From: an uncultured virus (IMG/VR IMGVR_UViG_2593339138_000002) | Lineage: Duplodnaviria > Heunggongvirae > Uroviricota > Caudoviricetes | Strand: one strand, 5' to 3' | IMG/VR virus record: IMGVR_UViG_2593339138_000002 | Length of the DNA stretch: 59,559 nt | Shown: in pieces, positions 45,987 through 55,626 of the stretch | How the letters are laid out: each line of letters starts with the position of its first letter | How positions within the stretch are numbered: the first letter of the stretch is position 1 | Notes under the pieces: model-generated | Database searches by the model: none | Told to the model about the DNA's origin: nothing | The model's input: the letters and a program-made list of their open reading frames with translations, nothing else | Position numbers and translations under genes: made by a program

Positions 45987-46511
45987 ATGCAGATCTGTAA
46001 GTGCTGGCACATCGAACACGGTGAAGGAGTATGCTATGGCACTCCCGAGCGTGATATCTGCAACTGTGACGGCGACGAAAGACACTGTGATTTTTATGAA
46101 CACGTCCGAAAAAGAGTAACAGGAAAGGAGACCAAGTATATGACACCCGAAGACTACCTCATGCAGATCAAGGACATCAGTCTGCGCATCAAGTCCCTTG
46201 AAGGGGAGCTCCACGACGCAGAAGCTGAGGAAGATACCGAGTATGCAGAGGAACTCAGCGCAAGGATAAGTGCTGACATCGCACGCTACAAGGAGCTGAG
46301 ACTCAGGATCAGAGACGAGATACAGCAGATAGGAGACAATCGCCTGAGCTGTCTTCTCACAGAGTACTACGTTCGCGGAAAGACGTGGGAAATGGTCGCA
46401 GAAGCTATCGGAGTCAAAGACGCTAAGTGGGTAAGGACAAGGCTTCACGAGAAGGCGTTGAAGCTTTTTGCAGGAACATTCCCGAAATATTTTTTGCAAT
46501 GCCCCTTTTAA
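45987..46511 (+). CDS. RinA/ArpU-like late activator
   Basis: EDYLMQI...LL.EYYV.G.TWE.VAE.IG; repeats at 3' end. Confidence 0.75.
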   Translation: MQICKCWHIEHGEGVCYGTPERDICNCDGDERHCDFYEHVRKRVTGKETKYMTPEDYLMQIKDISLRIKSLEGELHDAEAEEDTEYAEELSARISADIARYKELRLRIRDEIQQIGDNRLSCLLTEYYVRGKTWEMVAEAIGVKDAKWVRTRLHEKALKLFAGTFPKYFLQCPF

Positions 46512-46553
46512 GCCCTTTTCCACCCTTGAAAGTAGTTCTGAAATGATGTACTC
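46500..46553 (+). promoter_or_regulatory. Late promoter with CCCTT repeats
   Basis: gcccctttt / gccctttt / accctt repeats then TG-N-TACTCT-like -10; same position as prophage 1 late promoter. Confidence 0.5.
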
Positions 46554-46559
46554 TAAAAC

Positions 46560-46659
46560 TAAGAAAGGCAGGCGGATCCATCGTAGGGCTACCTTACCGG
46601 GCGTTTCCTTTACGGTATGCGGAGACGCTCGGCAGCCTCCGCCTACTTTCGCTCCTTAT
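46560..46659 (+). ncRNA. Candidate structured RNA (homolog of 12755-12852)
   Basis: gaaag/ctttc, aggcgga/tccgcct, ggct/agcc, ccgggcgtttcc/ggagacgctcgg. Confidence 0.55.
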
Positions 46660-46703
46660 CGGAATTTATCATCCCCTTTGCGGACGCAGCAGCGCCCGCA
46701 TCT

Positions 46704-46778
46704 GGCAGAGTGGAGCAGTGGTAGCTCGCGAGGCTCATAACCTTGAGGTCGCCGGTCCGAGTCCGGCCTCTGCAACCA
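46704..46778 (+). tRNA. tRNA-Met(CAT), initiator-like, atypical T-loop
   Basis: Cloverleaf, ctCATaa loop, T-loop TCCGAGT, 1:72 mismatch, CCA. Confidence 0.82.
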
Positions 46779-46827
46779 GGGCAGCAGTAAGCCCGGTAAC
46801 CTTATCAACAGCCGCTTCGGCGGCTAT

Positions 46828-46893
46828 GCAGGCGGCGGTACCAACGCAGGGTGGACACCTGCGTGGAGAGGTCGGCACTCTCAGCTTGCACCA
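46828..46893 (+). ncRNA. tRNA-like element with reduced D-arm
   Basis: gcaggc/gcttgc acceptor + ACCA, cgcagg-7nt-cctgcg arm, gagag-7nt-ctctc arm. Confidence 0.45.
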
Positions 46894-46975
46894 GTGCGAA
46901 AGCACCACCTTTTCAAAGATTTTTTCAGAGGCAGAGAGCCCGAGTTGCAGCTCGGGCTGATATGCACACAAAGCT

Positions 46976-47455
46976 ATGCTATCAAAGATATGCTCACGTT
47001 GTGGCAGGAAGCTCCAAGTCGGAGAGGCTTGCAGCTGCTACAAGCGAGACAGAGTCAATCCTCTCGGAGCTTATAATGCCGAGATAAAAAAATTCTACCT
47101 CACAGCAGACTGGGAAAAAGCAAGAAACAAGTGCATTTCTTCTTGTTTCGGGCTGGATTTGATAAGTCTTATCTGTGAGAAAAAAATCGAATATGGATTT
47201 ACGGTACATCACATTGTACCGCTGATAAACGACTACCGACTGCGATTACAGCAAAGTAATCTGATATATCTTACCGAGGCTCACCACAGAGCCGTCCATC
47301 GCCTATATGAGGCGGAATATCAGGAGACTGTCGAGGCGTTGAAAACATTTTCCGAACTTGCCCGGGAGGCACTCGCTACCCCGGGGGGTATGTTGAAAAC
47401 TTTCGACCTTCTCAAAATGAACCGCTGCGGTAGTTTTCTTTTTGCAAAATTGTAA
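46976..47455 (+). CDS. HNH endonuclease
   Basis: VHHIVP...NLIYL...HH; before terS. Confidence 0.85.
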   Translation: MLSKICSRCGRKLQVGEACSCYKRDRVNPLGAYNAEIKKFYLTADWEKARNKCISSCFGLDLISLICEKKIEYGFTVHHIVPLINDYRLRLQQSNLIYLTEAHHRAVHRLYEAEYQETVEALKTFSELAREALATPGGMLKTFDLLKMNRCGSFLFAKL

Positions 47456-47475
47456 ATAAAAAATTTTTCTAAGCC

Positions 47476-47493
47476 TGTGCAGTCAACTGCACA
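47476..47493. repeat. 18-bp palindrome copy 8
   Basis: tgtgcagtcaactgcaca just upstream of terS RBS. Confidence 0.85.
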
Positions 47494-47511
47494 GCAGAAA
47501 GTGAGGAGAGA

Positions 47512-47991
47512 ATGGGAAGAACCCGCTTGCCGCTCTCCGAACAGAAGGGTGATCTCACCAAGGAGCGAAGAGCAAGACTTGAAGCGGAGCAGGACCTTGT
47601 CCGCACGCCTAAGAAGTATATCCTCAAGGCTCCGACCTGGCTCAGCAAGAGAGCCCGCAAGGAGTATCGCCGACTGATCGAGAGTATGGCGGAGATGGAT
47701 ATGCTCGGCGATCTTGACGCCAACAATCTGGCGGCTTACTGCAACGCCTGGGACAAGTACCTCCAAGCTGAGGAGGAAATCAAAGAAAAGGGGCTGCTCA
47801 TAGAGTCCCCGAAAAATCCCAAGTCGCCGTATCAAGCTAATCCTGCTATACAGATACAGATCAAGCACGCGAAAGAGATGCGTGAGTTCGGTAGGCAGTG
47901 CGGCCTATCAATTGACAGCCGCTTGAAGTTTGCAGCGGCGAAGCTGCCGGAGATAGAGGCAGACATTACCTCGGAGTTCGGCGATATCTGA
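47512..47991 (+). CDS. Terminase small subunit (P27 family)
   Basis: APTWLS, LAAYC, NPA, GLSIDSR. Confidence 0.9.
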   Translation: MGRTRLPLSEQKGDLTKERRARLEAEQDLVRTPKKYILKAPTWLSKRARKEYRRLIESMAEMDMLGDLDANNLAAYCNAWDKYLQAEEEIKEKGLLIESPKNPKSPYQANPAIQIQIKHAKEMREFGRQCGLSIDSRLKFAAAKLPEIEADITSEFGDI

Positions 47992-49721
47992 TGACGATCA
48001 GGCAGGAGCTTGAGCGATACGCGGCAGAGTGCATCGACGGCAGACGGGTAAGCTGCCGGAAGCACCGATGGGCCTGCCAGCGCTTCCTGGCAGACATTGA
48101 AAAGCTTGATACTGATAGCAACTATCCGTACTACTGGGACGAGGAGCAGGCGAGGGCTATCGTCAAGTGGTTCCATTACCTCCGCCACTCGAAGGGAGTC
48201 CTCGCCGGTAAGAGCATCGAGCTCATTACCCCGCAGCGCTTTACTCTCTGCCAGCTCTACGGCTGGCGGAGGAAATCTGACGACCTCCGGAGGTTTACCA
48301 AGTACTTCAAGGAGGTAGCCAGGAAGAATGCTAAGTCTCAGGAGCTCGGCGGTGTCGCCCTCTATGAGATGTCCTGCGGAAGCACCAGAAACGGAGAACA
48401 CTATGAGGGCTACTGTGCAGGTACCAAGAGAGAACAGTCCAAGATCATAGTTGACGAGTGCAAGCTGATGCTCAAGAGGAGCCCGCTTGCGCGAAAATTT
48501 AACTGCACGGCAAATAGAGTCGTGCATCGGAAGACAGGCTCCTTTATCGTCGCTCTCAGTAAGCAGGATGGACAGAATGGCGACGGTACAAACCCCGCTT
48601 TTCTGATCCTTGACGAGTATCACCAGCACGCGACAACAGAGTTCTACGACCTTGGGCTCGGCTCCAATACCAAGGAGCCGCTGCTGCTTATCATTACAAC
48701 AGCAGGCAAGGACCTCAACTGTCCCTGCTATCAGCAGGAGTATATGTATTGCAGCGACGTACTGGACCCCGACAAGCCCGATATCGTCAACGACGAGTAT
48801 CTCATAGATATCTTCGAGGCAGACACAGACATAGAGCTGAGCGATGAGACATACGACAAGCTTGTAGAAATGGCGAACCCGGTCCGCGCATCGTATGCGG
48901 CAGGCCGCAAGCTCATGCATGATGATTACGTCATCGCGAAGGAAGTTCCCGAAAAGCTCATATCCTTCCTCACCAAGGTGCTGAACGTCTGGGTGCAGGC
49001 GCGTAATAACGGTTATATGGACATGGCGAAGTGGAACCGCTGCAAGGTCAGCGAGCTTCCCGTCGATATCAGAGGACTTCCCGTATATGTGGGCTTCGAT
49101 ATGTCTGCGAAGATAGACCTCACTTCGGTGAGCTTCATCATTCCCTACAAGGACGCAGACGGCATCGTCAAGTATATCCTGTTCTCGCACTCGTTCATTC
49201 CGAACCGCGAGAAGCTCATGGAGAGATGCCGCGTTGACAAGATGCCTTATGACGCATGGGAGCGCAACGGCTGGCTGACGGTGACGAACACCGAGATTGT
49301 CGATCAAAACGCCGTCATGAATTACGTTCGCGGCTTCTGTAGTTCTCAGGGTCTCGTGATACAGTCTTTGTGCTTCGACCCCGCCAACGCGAGCAAGCTT
49401 ATGCTTGAGCTCAGCGACGAAGGCTACGATGTCGTAGAAGTATATCAGTCGCATAAGTCTCTCAACGAGAGCACCGCAGGCTTCCGCGAACAGGTGTACA
49501 GTCAGAACGTGGTATTTATCAACAACCCATTGTTGAATTATGCGATAGGAAACGCCGTTGTCCGTAAGAATAACGGCCTAATCAAGATAGACAAGGACGC
49601 AACGAAGCGCCGAGTGGACCCGGTAGACGCTACTCTCTGCGCATTCAAGCTCGCCTTATATCATGTATTCGTCACTGCTCCCGTAGACGTGGACAAGTGG
49701 CTGGAAAGTGAAAGCTGGTGA
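47991..49721 (+). CDS. Terminase large subunit
   Basis: VARKNAKS, LDEYH, ITTAG, GFDMS, RVDPVDA. Confidence 0.95.
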   Translation: MTIRQELERYAAECIDGRRVSCRKHRWACQRFLADIEKLDTDSNYPYYWDEEQARAIVKWFHYLRHSKGVLAGKSIELITPQRFTLCQLYGWRRKSDDLRRFTKYFKEVARKNAKSQELGGVALYEMSCGSTRNGEHYEGYCAGTKREQSKIIVDECKLMLKRSPLARKFNCTANRVVHRKTGSFIVALSKQDGQNGDGTNPAFLILDEYHQHATTEFYDLGLGSNTKEPLLLIITTAGKDLNCPCYQQEYMYCSDVLDPDKPDIVNDEYLIDIFEADTDIELSDETYDKLVEMANPVRASYAAGRKLMHDDYVIAKEVPEKLISFLTKVLNVWVQARNNGYMDMAKWNRCKVSELPVDIRGLPVYVGFDMSAKIDLTSVSFIIPYKDADGIVKYILFSHSFIPNREKLMERCRVDKMPYDAWERNGWLTVTNTEIVDQNAVMNYVRGFCSSQGLVIQSLCFDPANASKLMLELSDEGYDVVEVYQSHKSLNESTAGFREQVYSQNVVFINNPLLNYAIGNAVVRKNNGLIKIDKDATKRRVDPVDATLCAFKLALYHVFVTAPVDVDKWLESESW

Positions 49722-49725
49722 TAAG

Positions 49726-51015
49726 ATGTCGCTGTTCAAGCGCAGAAAAAAGATAGCCGACGAAGTGGAGACCACCACGGAGCAGGCAGCAGAGGGAACG
49801 ACTACCGACACGGAGCAGGAACAGCCCGCGGGCGTCGTGACGATCCAGCAGCTGAATGAATTCTTCGACAAGCAGGGCTTTTCAAGCGCTCTGGCAAAGA
49901 ACAACCTCAACGCTGCGACATACTACGCTTGTATGCTGATCCGATGCAATGCCCTCGCGAAGGTTCCCTTCAAGGTATACGAGAGAGACGGCGACGGTGC
50001 CAAGGAGTCGGATCACTACCTCAACAAGCTCCTGAAGCTTCGGCCGAACAGGTTCATGACGGCCCACGACTTTTTCTGGGCGTCAGAATTCCAGAGGCTG
50101 AGCACAGGAAATACGTTCTGGGTATACAGCTTCCGACGCGGCAAGATCGAGGAGGTATATCTCCTCGATAGCAACTATGTAGAGATCATAGTCGATAATG
50201 CGGGCATACTCAGCTCGCCGAACTCGGTGTACTACCTGTACACTGACCCGCGGAGCTCGCGGCAGGTGATATACACGTCCGACAGGATAGTGCATCACAA
50301 GTACTTCTCGACTGACGGCATCAAAGGTAACTCGATACAAAAGTATCTTGTCGATGTTCTCAGTCAGGAGAAATACGCACAGCAGGTCGTGAATGAGAAG
50401 TACAGTCACGGCTTGCAGGACCCTATCATCGTAACCTATACGGGAGACCTTGACAAAGTCCACTCGGCCCAGATAAAGAAAAAGTTTGCTAACCTTGCAG
50501 GCGCTCAGAACGCCGGTACCGTGATCCCGATACCGGCAGACTTCGGTGTGCAGCAGCTTGAGACCAAGCTTGTGAACTCACAGTTCTTCGAGCTCAACGG
50601 GCTCACTACTCGACACATCGCGAACGCCTTCGGTGTCAAGAGCTTCCAGCTCAATGACATGGAAAAGAGTACATATAGCAACATCGAGCAGCAGAACAGA
50701 GCATTCTACAGCGACACGATGCAGAACGTTCTCACTGCTTACGAGCAGGAGGCGACGTTCAAGCTCCTCAGTTCCGAGGATCAGGAGACAAAGTTTATTC
50801 AGGCGAATGCCGACGTTTATCTCAGAGCTGACATCGAGGCTCGCTACAAGGCATACCAGACAGGCATCACGGGCGGCTTCTTGCAGATTGCAGAGGCCCG
50901 AAAACGTGAAAATCTGCCATTTATACCGGGTACCGATAAGCTTATCATCGGCAACGGCGCAGCTATTCCGCTTGATATGCTCGGCTCACAGTATGATAAA
51001 GGAGGTAACAAGTAA
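49726..51015 (+). CDS. HK97-family portal protein (no extension)
   Basis: RPN.FM, GN, QFFE...IANAFGV, EARKRENLP. Confidence 0.93.
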   Translation: MSLFKRRKKIADEVETTTEQAAEGTTTDTEQEQPAGVVTIQQLNEFFDKQGFSSALAKNNLNAATYYACMLIRCNALAKVPFKVYERDGDGAKESDHYLNKLLKLRPNRFMTAHDFFWASEFQRLSTGNTFWVYSFRRGKIEEVYLLDSNYVEIIVDNAGILSSPNSVYYLYTDPRSSRQVIYTSDRIVHHKYFSTDGIKGNSIQKYLVDVLSQEKYAQQVVNEKYSHGLQDPIIVTYTGDLDKVHSAQIKKKFANLAGAQNAGTVIPIPADFGVQQLETKLVNSQFFELNGLTTRHIANAFGVKSFQLNDMEKSTYSNIEQQNRAFYSDTMQNVLTAYEQEATFKLLSSEDQETKFIQANADVYLRADIEARYKAYQTGITGGFLQIAEARKRENLPFIPGTDKLIIGNGAAIPLDMLGSQYDKGGNK

Positions 51016-51219
51016 ATGGAATATGCTGACAGAATAGAGATCACCTTCAAAAGCGGTGAGACCATTGCCTATAAAGAAGGGGAATGGGACGACTACGCTT
51101 ACGACGGCAAAGCTGTTATCGTCAAACAGAAGGGTGCTTGGATCGGAATATATAACTTCGACCATGTTTTCAGCGTCGAGTTGAAGAACACCAAAGCCGT
51201 AGACTATGTGCCACTATAA
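51016..51219 (+). CDS. Hypothetical protein between portal and protease
   Basis: AAGGAGG RBS, 67 aa. Confidence 0.6.
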   Translation: MEYADRIEITFKSGETIAYKEGEWDDYAYDGKAVIVKQKGAWIGIYNFDHVFSVELKNTKAVDYVPL

Positions 51220-52039
51220 GGAGGTGAGAAAAACGAAAAAGTACCAGTTTACTCAGAAAGACAAGACAGGTGCAGTCAAGGACTGTGGCTATATGATCTA
51301 TGACAGTGCAGACGATGAGAGCGCAGAGCTCCGCTTCTACGGTGACATCTGCTCAGCTACATGGATCAGCAAGTACTTCAAGGAGGACAAAGCTCCTCAG
51401 GATGTCGTCGATTTTCTCGCTGAACTCACTGCCGAGGGCAACGGCCATAAGAAGCTGAACGTCTACGTAAACAGCGGAGGCGGTGACGTCTTCGGAGGTC
51501 TGGCTATATACAGCATACTGGCGAGATACCCCGGCGAGAAGATCGCACACATCGACGGTATCGCCGCGAGCATCGCGGGAATAATCCCGTTTGCTTGCGA
51601 CAAGGTCGTAGCTCCTAAGTACGCTCAGCTCATGCTCCACAAGCCGTGGAGCGGATGCTGGGGCAATGCTAACGACTTCAAGAAGGCGATCGAGGCACTC
51701 AATACAGCCGAACAGTCCATTATCAACGTCTACAAGGCCCACGCTGTTAACGGTACAACCGAGGACAAGATCAAGAGCATGATAGACCGCGAGACGTGGC
51801 TGACCGCGGAGCAGGCGGCAGAATACTTTGCAATCGAACTCCTTGACGCAGAGCCTGTCGCTGCCTGTGTATCAGACAGCTACAAGCGGTATATGAACAC
51901 TCCCGAAGCTCTCCTGAAAATCAGCGAGAGCACTAAGCAGACCGAACCTCCTATCCCTCAGGAAGGTGAGGATATCAACAAACGCAAGAGAAAGCTACAG
52001 ATGTCACTCGATGTCCTGAAGCTCTCAAATAAAACATAA
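51206..52039 (+). CDS. ClpP-type head maturation protease (start uncertain)
   Basis: VNSGGGDVF, GIAASIA, MLHKP, ETWLTAEQA. Confidence 0.92.
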   Translation: MCHYKEVRKTKKYQFTQKDKTGAVKDCGYMIYDSADDESAELRFYGDICSATWISKYFKEDKAPQDVVDFLAELTAEGNGHKKLNVYVNSGGGDVFGGLAIYSILARYPGEKIAHIDGIAASIAGIIPFACDKVVAPKYAQLMLHKPWSGCWGNANDFKKAIEALNTAEQSIINVYKAHAVNGTTEDKIKSMIDRETWLTAEQAAEYFAIELLDAEPVAACVSDSYKRYMNTPEALLKISESTKQTEPPIPQEGEDINKRKRKLQMSLDVLKLSNKT

Positions 52040-52058
52040 AGAAAGAAGGAAAACGACT

Positions 52059-53213
52059 ATGTCGAAAATCGAAGAGATGCAGGCCAAGCTTGCAGTAATC
52101 ATCAACACAGCTCAGGACTATCTCGACAAGGACGATCTTGAGAACGCCGACAAGATGCAGAAGCAGGCACAGGAACTTGCTGACAAGATCGAAAAGCAGA
52201 AGGCTCTTGATAAGCTCTCAGCGAGTATCGAGGTGCCTCAGGCATCTCAGGCAACCGAAGGCACTAAGGACGCTACTAAGACAAAGGAAAACGCTTCCTT
52301 TATCCGCGCAGCTCTTAAGAAGCTCTCGGGAACAAAGCTTACAGAAGCAGAAGATGCTCTGCTCCTTCCATCGGTAACATATCCTAACGGCGAGCACGGT
52401 GAGGGTTATATCCTTCCTCAGGATATTCGCACCAAGATCAAGGAGAAGCTCCGCCAGTTCAGAAGCCTCAGAGAGGTATGTGGCTATCTGAAGACAACAG
52501 CACTCACAGGTAGCTATCCTTCAGACAATGATGAAACTGAAGGCCTTATCGATTTTACAGACGGTACTGACGGCACATATGTGACTGATCCTGCATTCAC
52601 CCCCGTGAGCTGGTCGCTCAAAGAAAAAGGCGCATTCATCAAGATATCAAACACGCTGCTCTCACTCACAGATAATGATCTCATCAACTACATCGTAAAG
52701 AGATTTGCTAAGAAAGCAGTTATCACGGAGAATGCTATGGCGAAGGCTAAGCTCGAAGCAAATAAGACCGCGAAGACACTCAGTGGCTGGGAAGCTCTTA
52801 AAGAGTCCATAAACGTGGATCTCGACCCTGATGCGCTTTACAATACAAAAATCATAACAAATCAGGACGGCTTCAACGCACTTGATAAGGCACTTGATCA
52901 TAACGGCAGGTCTGTGCTTCAGCCTGACCCCACACAGCCCACGAAAAGGCTCTTTATGGGATATCCCGTAGAAGTATACTCAAATGCTATGCTTCCAAGC
53001 GACTCAACTAACAATGTCGCCCCCATTTACTACGGTAATATCGAGGAAGGTGTACAGTTCGTCGACCTCGACAATATCTCATTCGCATCCTCAAAGGAAG
53101 CAGGCTTCATGAGCAACACAACAATCTGCCGCCTCATCGAGTGGGTGGATGTTACTCAGCCTGACGCCTCCGACAAGTGCTACTGCTTCGGCAAGCTCGC
53201 ACTGGGGGAATAA
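52059..53213 (+). CDS. HK97-fold major capsid protein
   Basis: GYILPQDI, TNQDGFNALD, LFMGYPV. Confidence 0.92.
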   Translation: MSKIEEMQAKLAVIINTAQDYLDKDDLENADKMQKQAQELADKIEKQKALDKLSASIEVPQASQATEGTKDATKTKENASFIRAALKKLSGTKLTEAEDALLLPSVTYPNGEHGEGYILPQDIRTKIKEKLRQFRSLREVCGYLKTTALTGSYPSDNDETEGLIDFTDGTDGTYVTDPAFTPVSWSLKEKGAFIKISNTLLSLTDNDLINYIVKRFAKKAVITENAMAKAKLEANKTAKTLSGWEALKESINVDLDPDALYNTKIITNQDGFNALDKALDHNGRSVLQPDPTQPTKRLFMGYPVEVYSNAMLPSDSTNNVAPIYYGNIEEGVQFVDLDNISFASSKEAGFMSNTTICRLIEWVDVTQPDASDKCYCFGKLALGE

Positions 53214-53395
53214 CGAGCGAGAGTTCTGAGACCCTTGCCGCCGCTGATACCAACAGCGACGGCGAGCTGTCGCAGGAAGAGCTCGAAGCCCTGACAGTAG
53301 ATCAGCTCAGAGCTCTCGCTGAAGAACTGGAAATCACACTTACAGCAACCAAGAAGGCTGACATCATCGCCGAGATACTCGCGGCGCAGAAATAA
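53204..53395 (+). CDS. Putative -1 frameshift extension of capsid (EF-hand-like + HeH/Rho-N-like)
   Basis: GGGGGAA-TAA at capsid end; -1 frame open to 53395 with no RBS/start of its own. Confidence 0.6.
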   Translation, partial: GGITSESSETLAAADTNSDGELSQEELEALTVDQLRALAEELEITLTATKKADIIAEILAAQK

Positions 53396-53422
53396 GCTCT
53401 ACTCGTCGGAAAGGAGGACCTC

Positions 53423-53707
53423 ATGGAGCTATCACTTATAAAGCAGTTTTTAAAGGTCGACTTTGACGACGACGATAATATCATCGAGCTGATGGCAGAT
53501 GTCGCTACCGACTACATCAACGCAGCAGTCGGCTCTTGCAATTACGAGGACGCGAGGGTAAGGCTCCTCGCCCTCGTAATTATCACAGAGCTCTACGAGA
53601 AACGCAGCTACTCCGTAGAGAAAGCAGGCGTTAAAGCACAGTACACAATAAGATCAATCATAGCGCAGCTGCAAGCGGAGCAGGAGATGACCGACGATGA
53701 AGCTTGA
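53423..53707 (+). CDS. Head-tail connector (gp6-like)
   Basis: IKQFLKVDFDDDD...LYEKR...QLQ. Confidence 0.85.
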   Translation: MELSLIKQFLKVDFDDDDNIIELMADVATDYINAAVGSCNYEDARVRLLALVIITELYEKRSYSVEKAGVKAQYTIRSIIAQLQAEQEMTDDEA

Positions 53708-54053
53708 AACAGATGTAGGGCGCCTGAATAAGCGTATCACGATACAGCAGGCAAGCTCGGAGGAGCAATTCGACACGATCGGAAATCAGCTTCCCGGCTG
53801 GACTGACTATCACTCATGCTGGGCCGCAGTGACGGGTGACTCCGACAAGGAGAGCTACACTGCCAAGGAGCCCCGTGATAAGGCAGTCAAGGACTTCAAA
53901 ATCCGCTATTGCAGCAAGCTTGAAGACATGACAACGGATAGCTACCGCATCAAGTACAGAGGACACTACTACAACATAGTAAGCATCGACAATCTCGCCG
54001 AAGCCGACTCCTTGCTTATCATCAAGGCTCGGAGGGAGGAAGATAATGAATGA
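53697..54053 (+). CDS. Head closure protein
   Basis: GRLNKRITIQ, WA, FKIRY, YNI.SID. Confidence 0.87.
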   Translation: MKLETDVGRLNKRITIQQASSEEQFDTIGNQLPGWTDYHSCWAAVTGDSDKESYTAKEPRDKAVKDFKIRYCSKLEDMTTDSYRIKYRGHYYNIVSIDNLAEADSLLIIKARREEDNE

Positions 54054-54450
54054 GATCATTACCCCCGACGAGTTCGCCAAGGCTCTCGCCGAGGCAACCA
54101 GAACCATGACCGAGGAGGTCGTGGAAGAGATGGAAAGCGGGCTCGTCAATATCGCTAATAATGCGGTCGAGGAGCTCAAGCGTCTCTCTCCCGTCTATAA
54201 GGGGAGCAGCAAGAAGCTGAAAAAAGGTGACTACCGCAAGAAGTGGAAATGTATCATCGAGAAAGAACGCGGCGTCACAAGAGTGACGATCTATAATGCG
54301 AAAGGCGGTCTCACGCATCTGCTCGAGAATGGCCACGTTGTCAGAAATGGCACTAAAAGAGTGGTCGGAAACGCCGACCCTATACCGCATATCTCGATAG
54401 TCAATGAGCACGCCGAAAAAGAACTTGACAAGCTGATGGAGGGGCTGTAA
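54046..54450 (+). CDS. HK97 gp10-like protein
   Basis: LTHLLENGH. Confidence 0.82.
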   Translation: MNEIITPDEFAKALAEATRTMTEEVVEEMESGLVNIANNAVEELKRLSPVYKGSSKKLKKGDYRKKWKCIIEKERGVTRVTIYNAKGGLTHLLENGHVVRNGTKRVVGNADPIPHISIVNEHAEKELDKLMEGL

Positions 54451-54791
54451 TGGAACTGAAAGAGATCCGCGACAGACTCTTGTCGCTTGGCTTACCGGTA
54501 GCATATCTGCGCTTTAAGAAAGCTCAGAAGCTGCCGTTCATTGTATACTATGAGTCCGACACCGAAATAACAGGTGCCGACAACTACAACCTTTATCGCG
54601 ATGTCGAAATCACGATAGAGCTTTACACTGAGGACAAAGAGCCTCAGCTGGAGCGCCGTCTGGAAAATCTCTTCCGCGAGGTAGAGATTGGCAAGGAAGG
54701 TGACACAGCACTCGAGGACGAGGAAATGCTGCTTACAGTATTCTCGTTCCGCACAATACAGTACATAGAGGAGGAAAATAGCAATGTCTAA
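54450..54791 (+). CDS. Tail terminator-like protein
   Basis: Close homolog of 21620-21949. Confidence 0.75.
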   Translation: MELKEIRDRLLSLGLPVAYLRFKKAQKLPFIVYYESDTEITGADNYNLYRDVEITIELYTEDKEPQLERRLENLFREVEIGKEGDTALEDEEMLLTVFSFRTIQYIEEENSNV

Positions 54792-55371
54792 TACCACTAC
54801 ATACAGACAGGAAAAAGACCGTATCGCTCTTGGTTCGGTGGATGTATATGTCACAGAGTGGACCGGTACAGCAATATCGGATATTCCTGAAGATGCTACC
54901 CTTGAGGTAGACGCTAACCTTATCGGACGCACCAAGGAAGGCGCAGAGTTCGAGTATCAGACCAACTACTTCTCGGTCAAGAGCGATGACGGCAAAGCGT
55001 CGCGCAATGAGATGACCGACGATAACGGATATATGAGCTACGGAATGATCACTTGGAACGGTGATACAATCTCGAAGCTCATTGAGACAGCATCGGCAAC
55101 GGTCTCAGGAACAGGAGCAACAGCAAAGCGCCGCACCCTCATCGGCGGAGTTGCCAACGCTAACGGAAAGACATATCTTTTCCGTGCGGTACACAAGGAC
55201 AAGGTCAAGGGTGATGTACGCTACACGATGATCGGTAAGAATATCAACGGCTTCGCAGCATCATATCGTCCCGGTCAGCCCACAACGATCACCCCGAGAA
55301 TTCAGGCAGAGCCATTCAGCGACGGCCATCTGCTCATAATCGACGAGGACAATATCGACGCAGGAGCATGA
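54784..55371 (+). CDS. Major tail protein
   Basis: Close homolog of 21946-22524. Confidence 0.8.
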   Translation: MSNTTTYRQEKDRIALGSVDVYVTEWTGTAISDIPEDATLEVDANLIGRTKEGAEFEYQTNYFSVKSDDGKASRNEMTDDNGYMSYGMITWNGDTISKLIETASATVSGTGATAKRRTLIGGVANANGKTYLFRAVHKDKVKGDVRYTMIGKNINGFAASYRPGQPTTITPRIQAEPFSDGHLLIIDEDNIDAGA

Positions 55372-55372
55372 T

Positions 55373-55579
55373 ATGAGGTACGAGGTACTTGAGTACTTCG
55401 AGGACAAGCAGGATAATCGTCGCAAGTATTTTCCGGGCGACGCTTATCCGCGCAGAGGGCTCAAGCCCACGGCAGAGCGTCTCGAAGAGCTCTCCACCAA
55501 TAAGAATTGCCGTGGAGTGCCTCTCATCAGAGAGGAGCAGAAAGAAGATAAAGAGACTCAGACCGAAGCTGAGTCATAG
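55373..55579 (+). CDS. Small conserved structural-module protein
   Basis: Homolog of 22525-22710. Confidence 0.7.
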   Translation: MRYEVLEYFEDKQDNRRKYFPGDAYPRRGLKPTAERLEELSTNKNCRGVPLIREEQKEDKETQTEAES

Positions 55580-55582
55580 TAT

Positions 55583-55610
55583 AAGGCGAGCTTCGGCTCG
55601 CCTTTTTTTC
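55583..55610 (+). terminator. Rho-independent terminator
   Basis: aaggcgagc-ttcg-gctcgcctt-ttttt. Confidence 0.8.
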
Positions 55611-55626
55611 ATAAATGGAGGAAAAA

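Noticed and set aside
46779..46826. HDV-like (theta) ribozyme after the tRNAs
   Set aside because: Only simple hairpins; I could not build the nested double pseudoknot here or after 12989
47832..49454. 540-aa minus-strand ORF, and similar long antisense ORFs (330-1079, 22186-23229, 28374-29240, 39836-40561)
   Set aside because: Lie opposite clearly identified genes, with no motifs or RBS; codon-bias shadows
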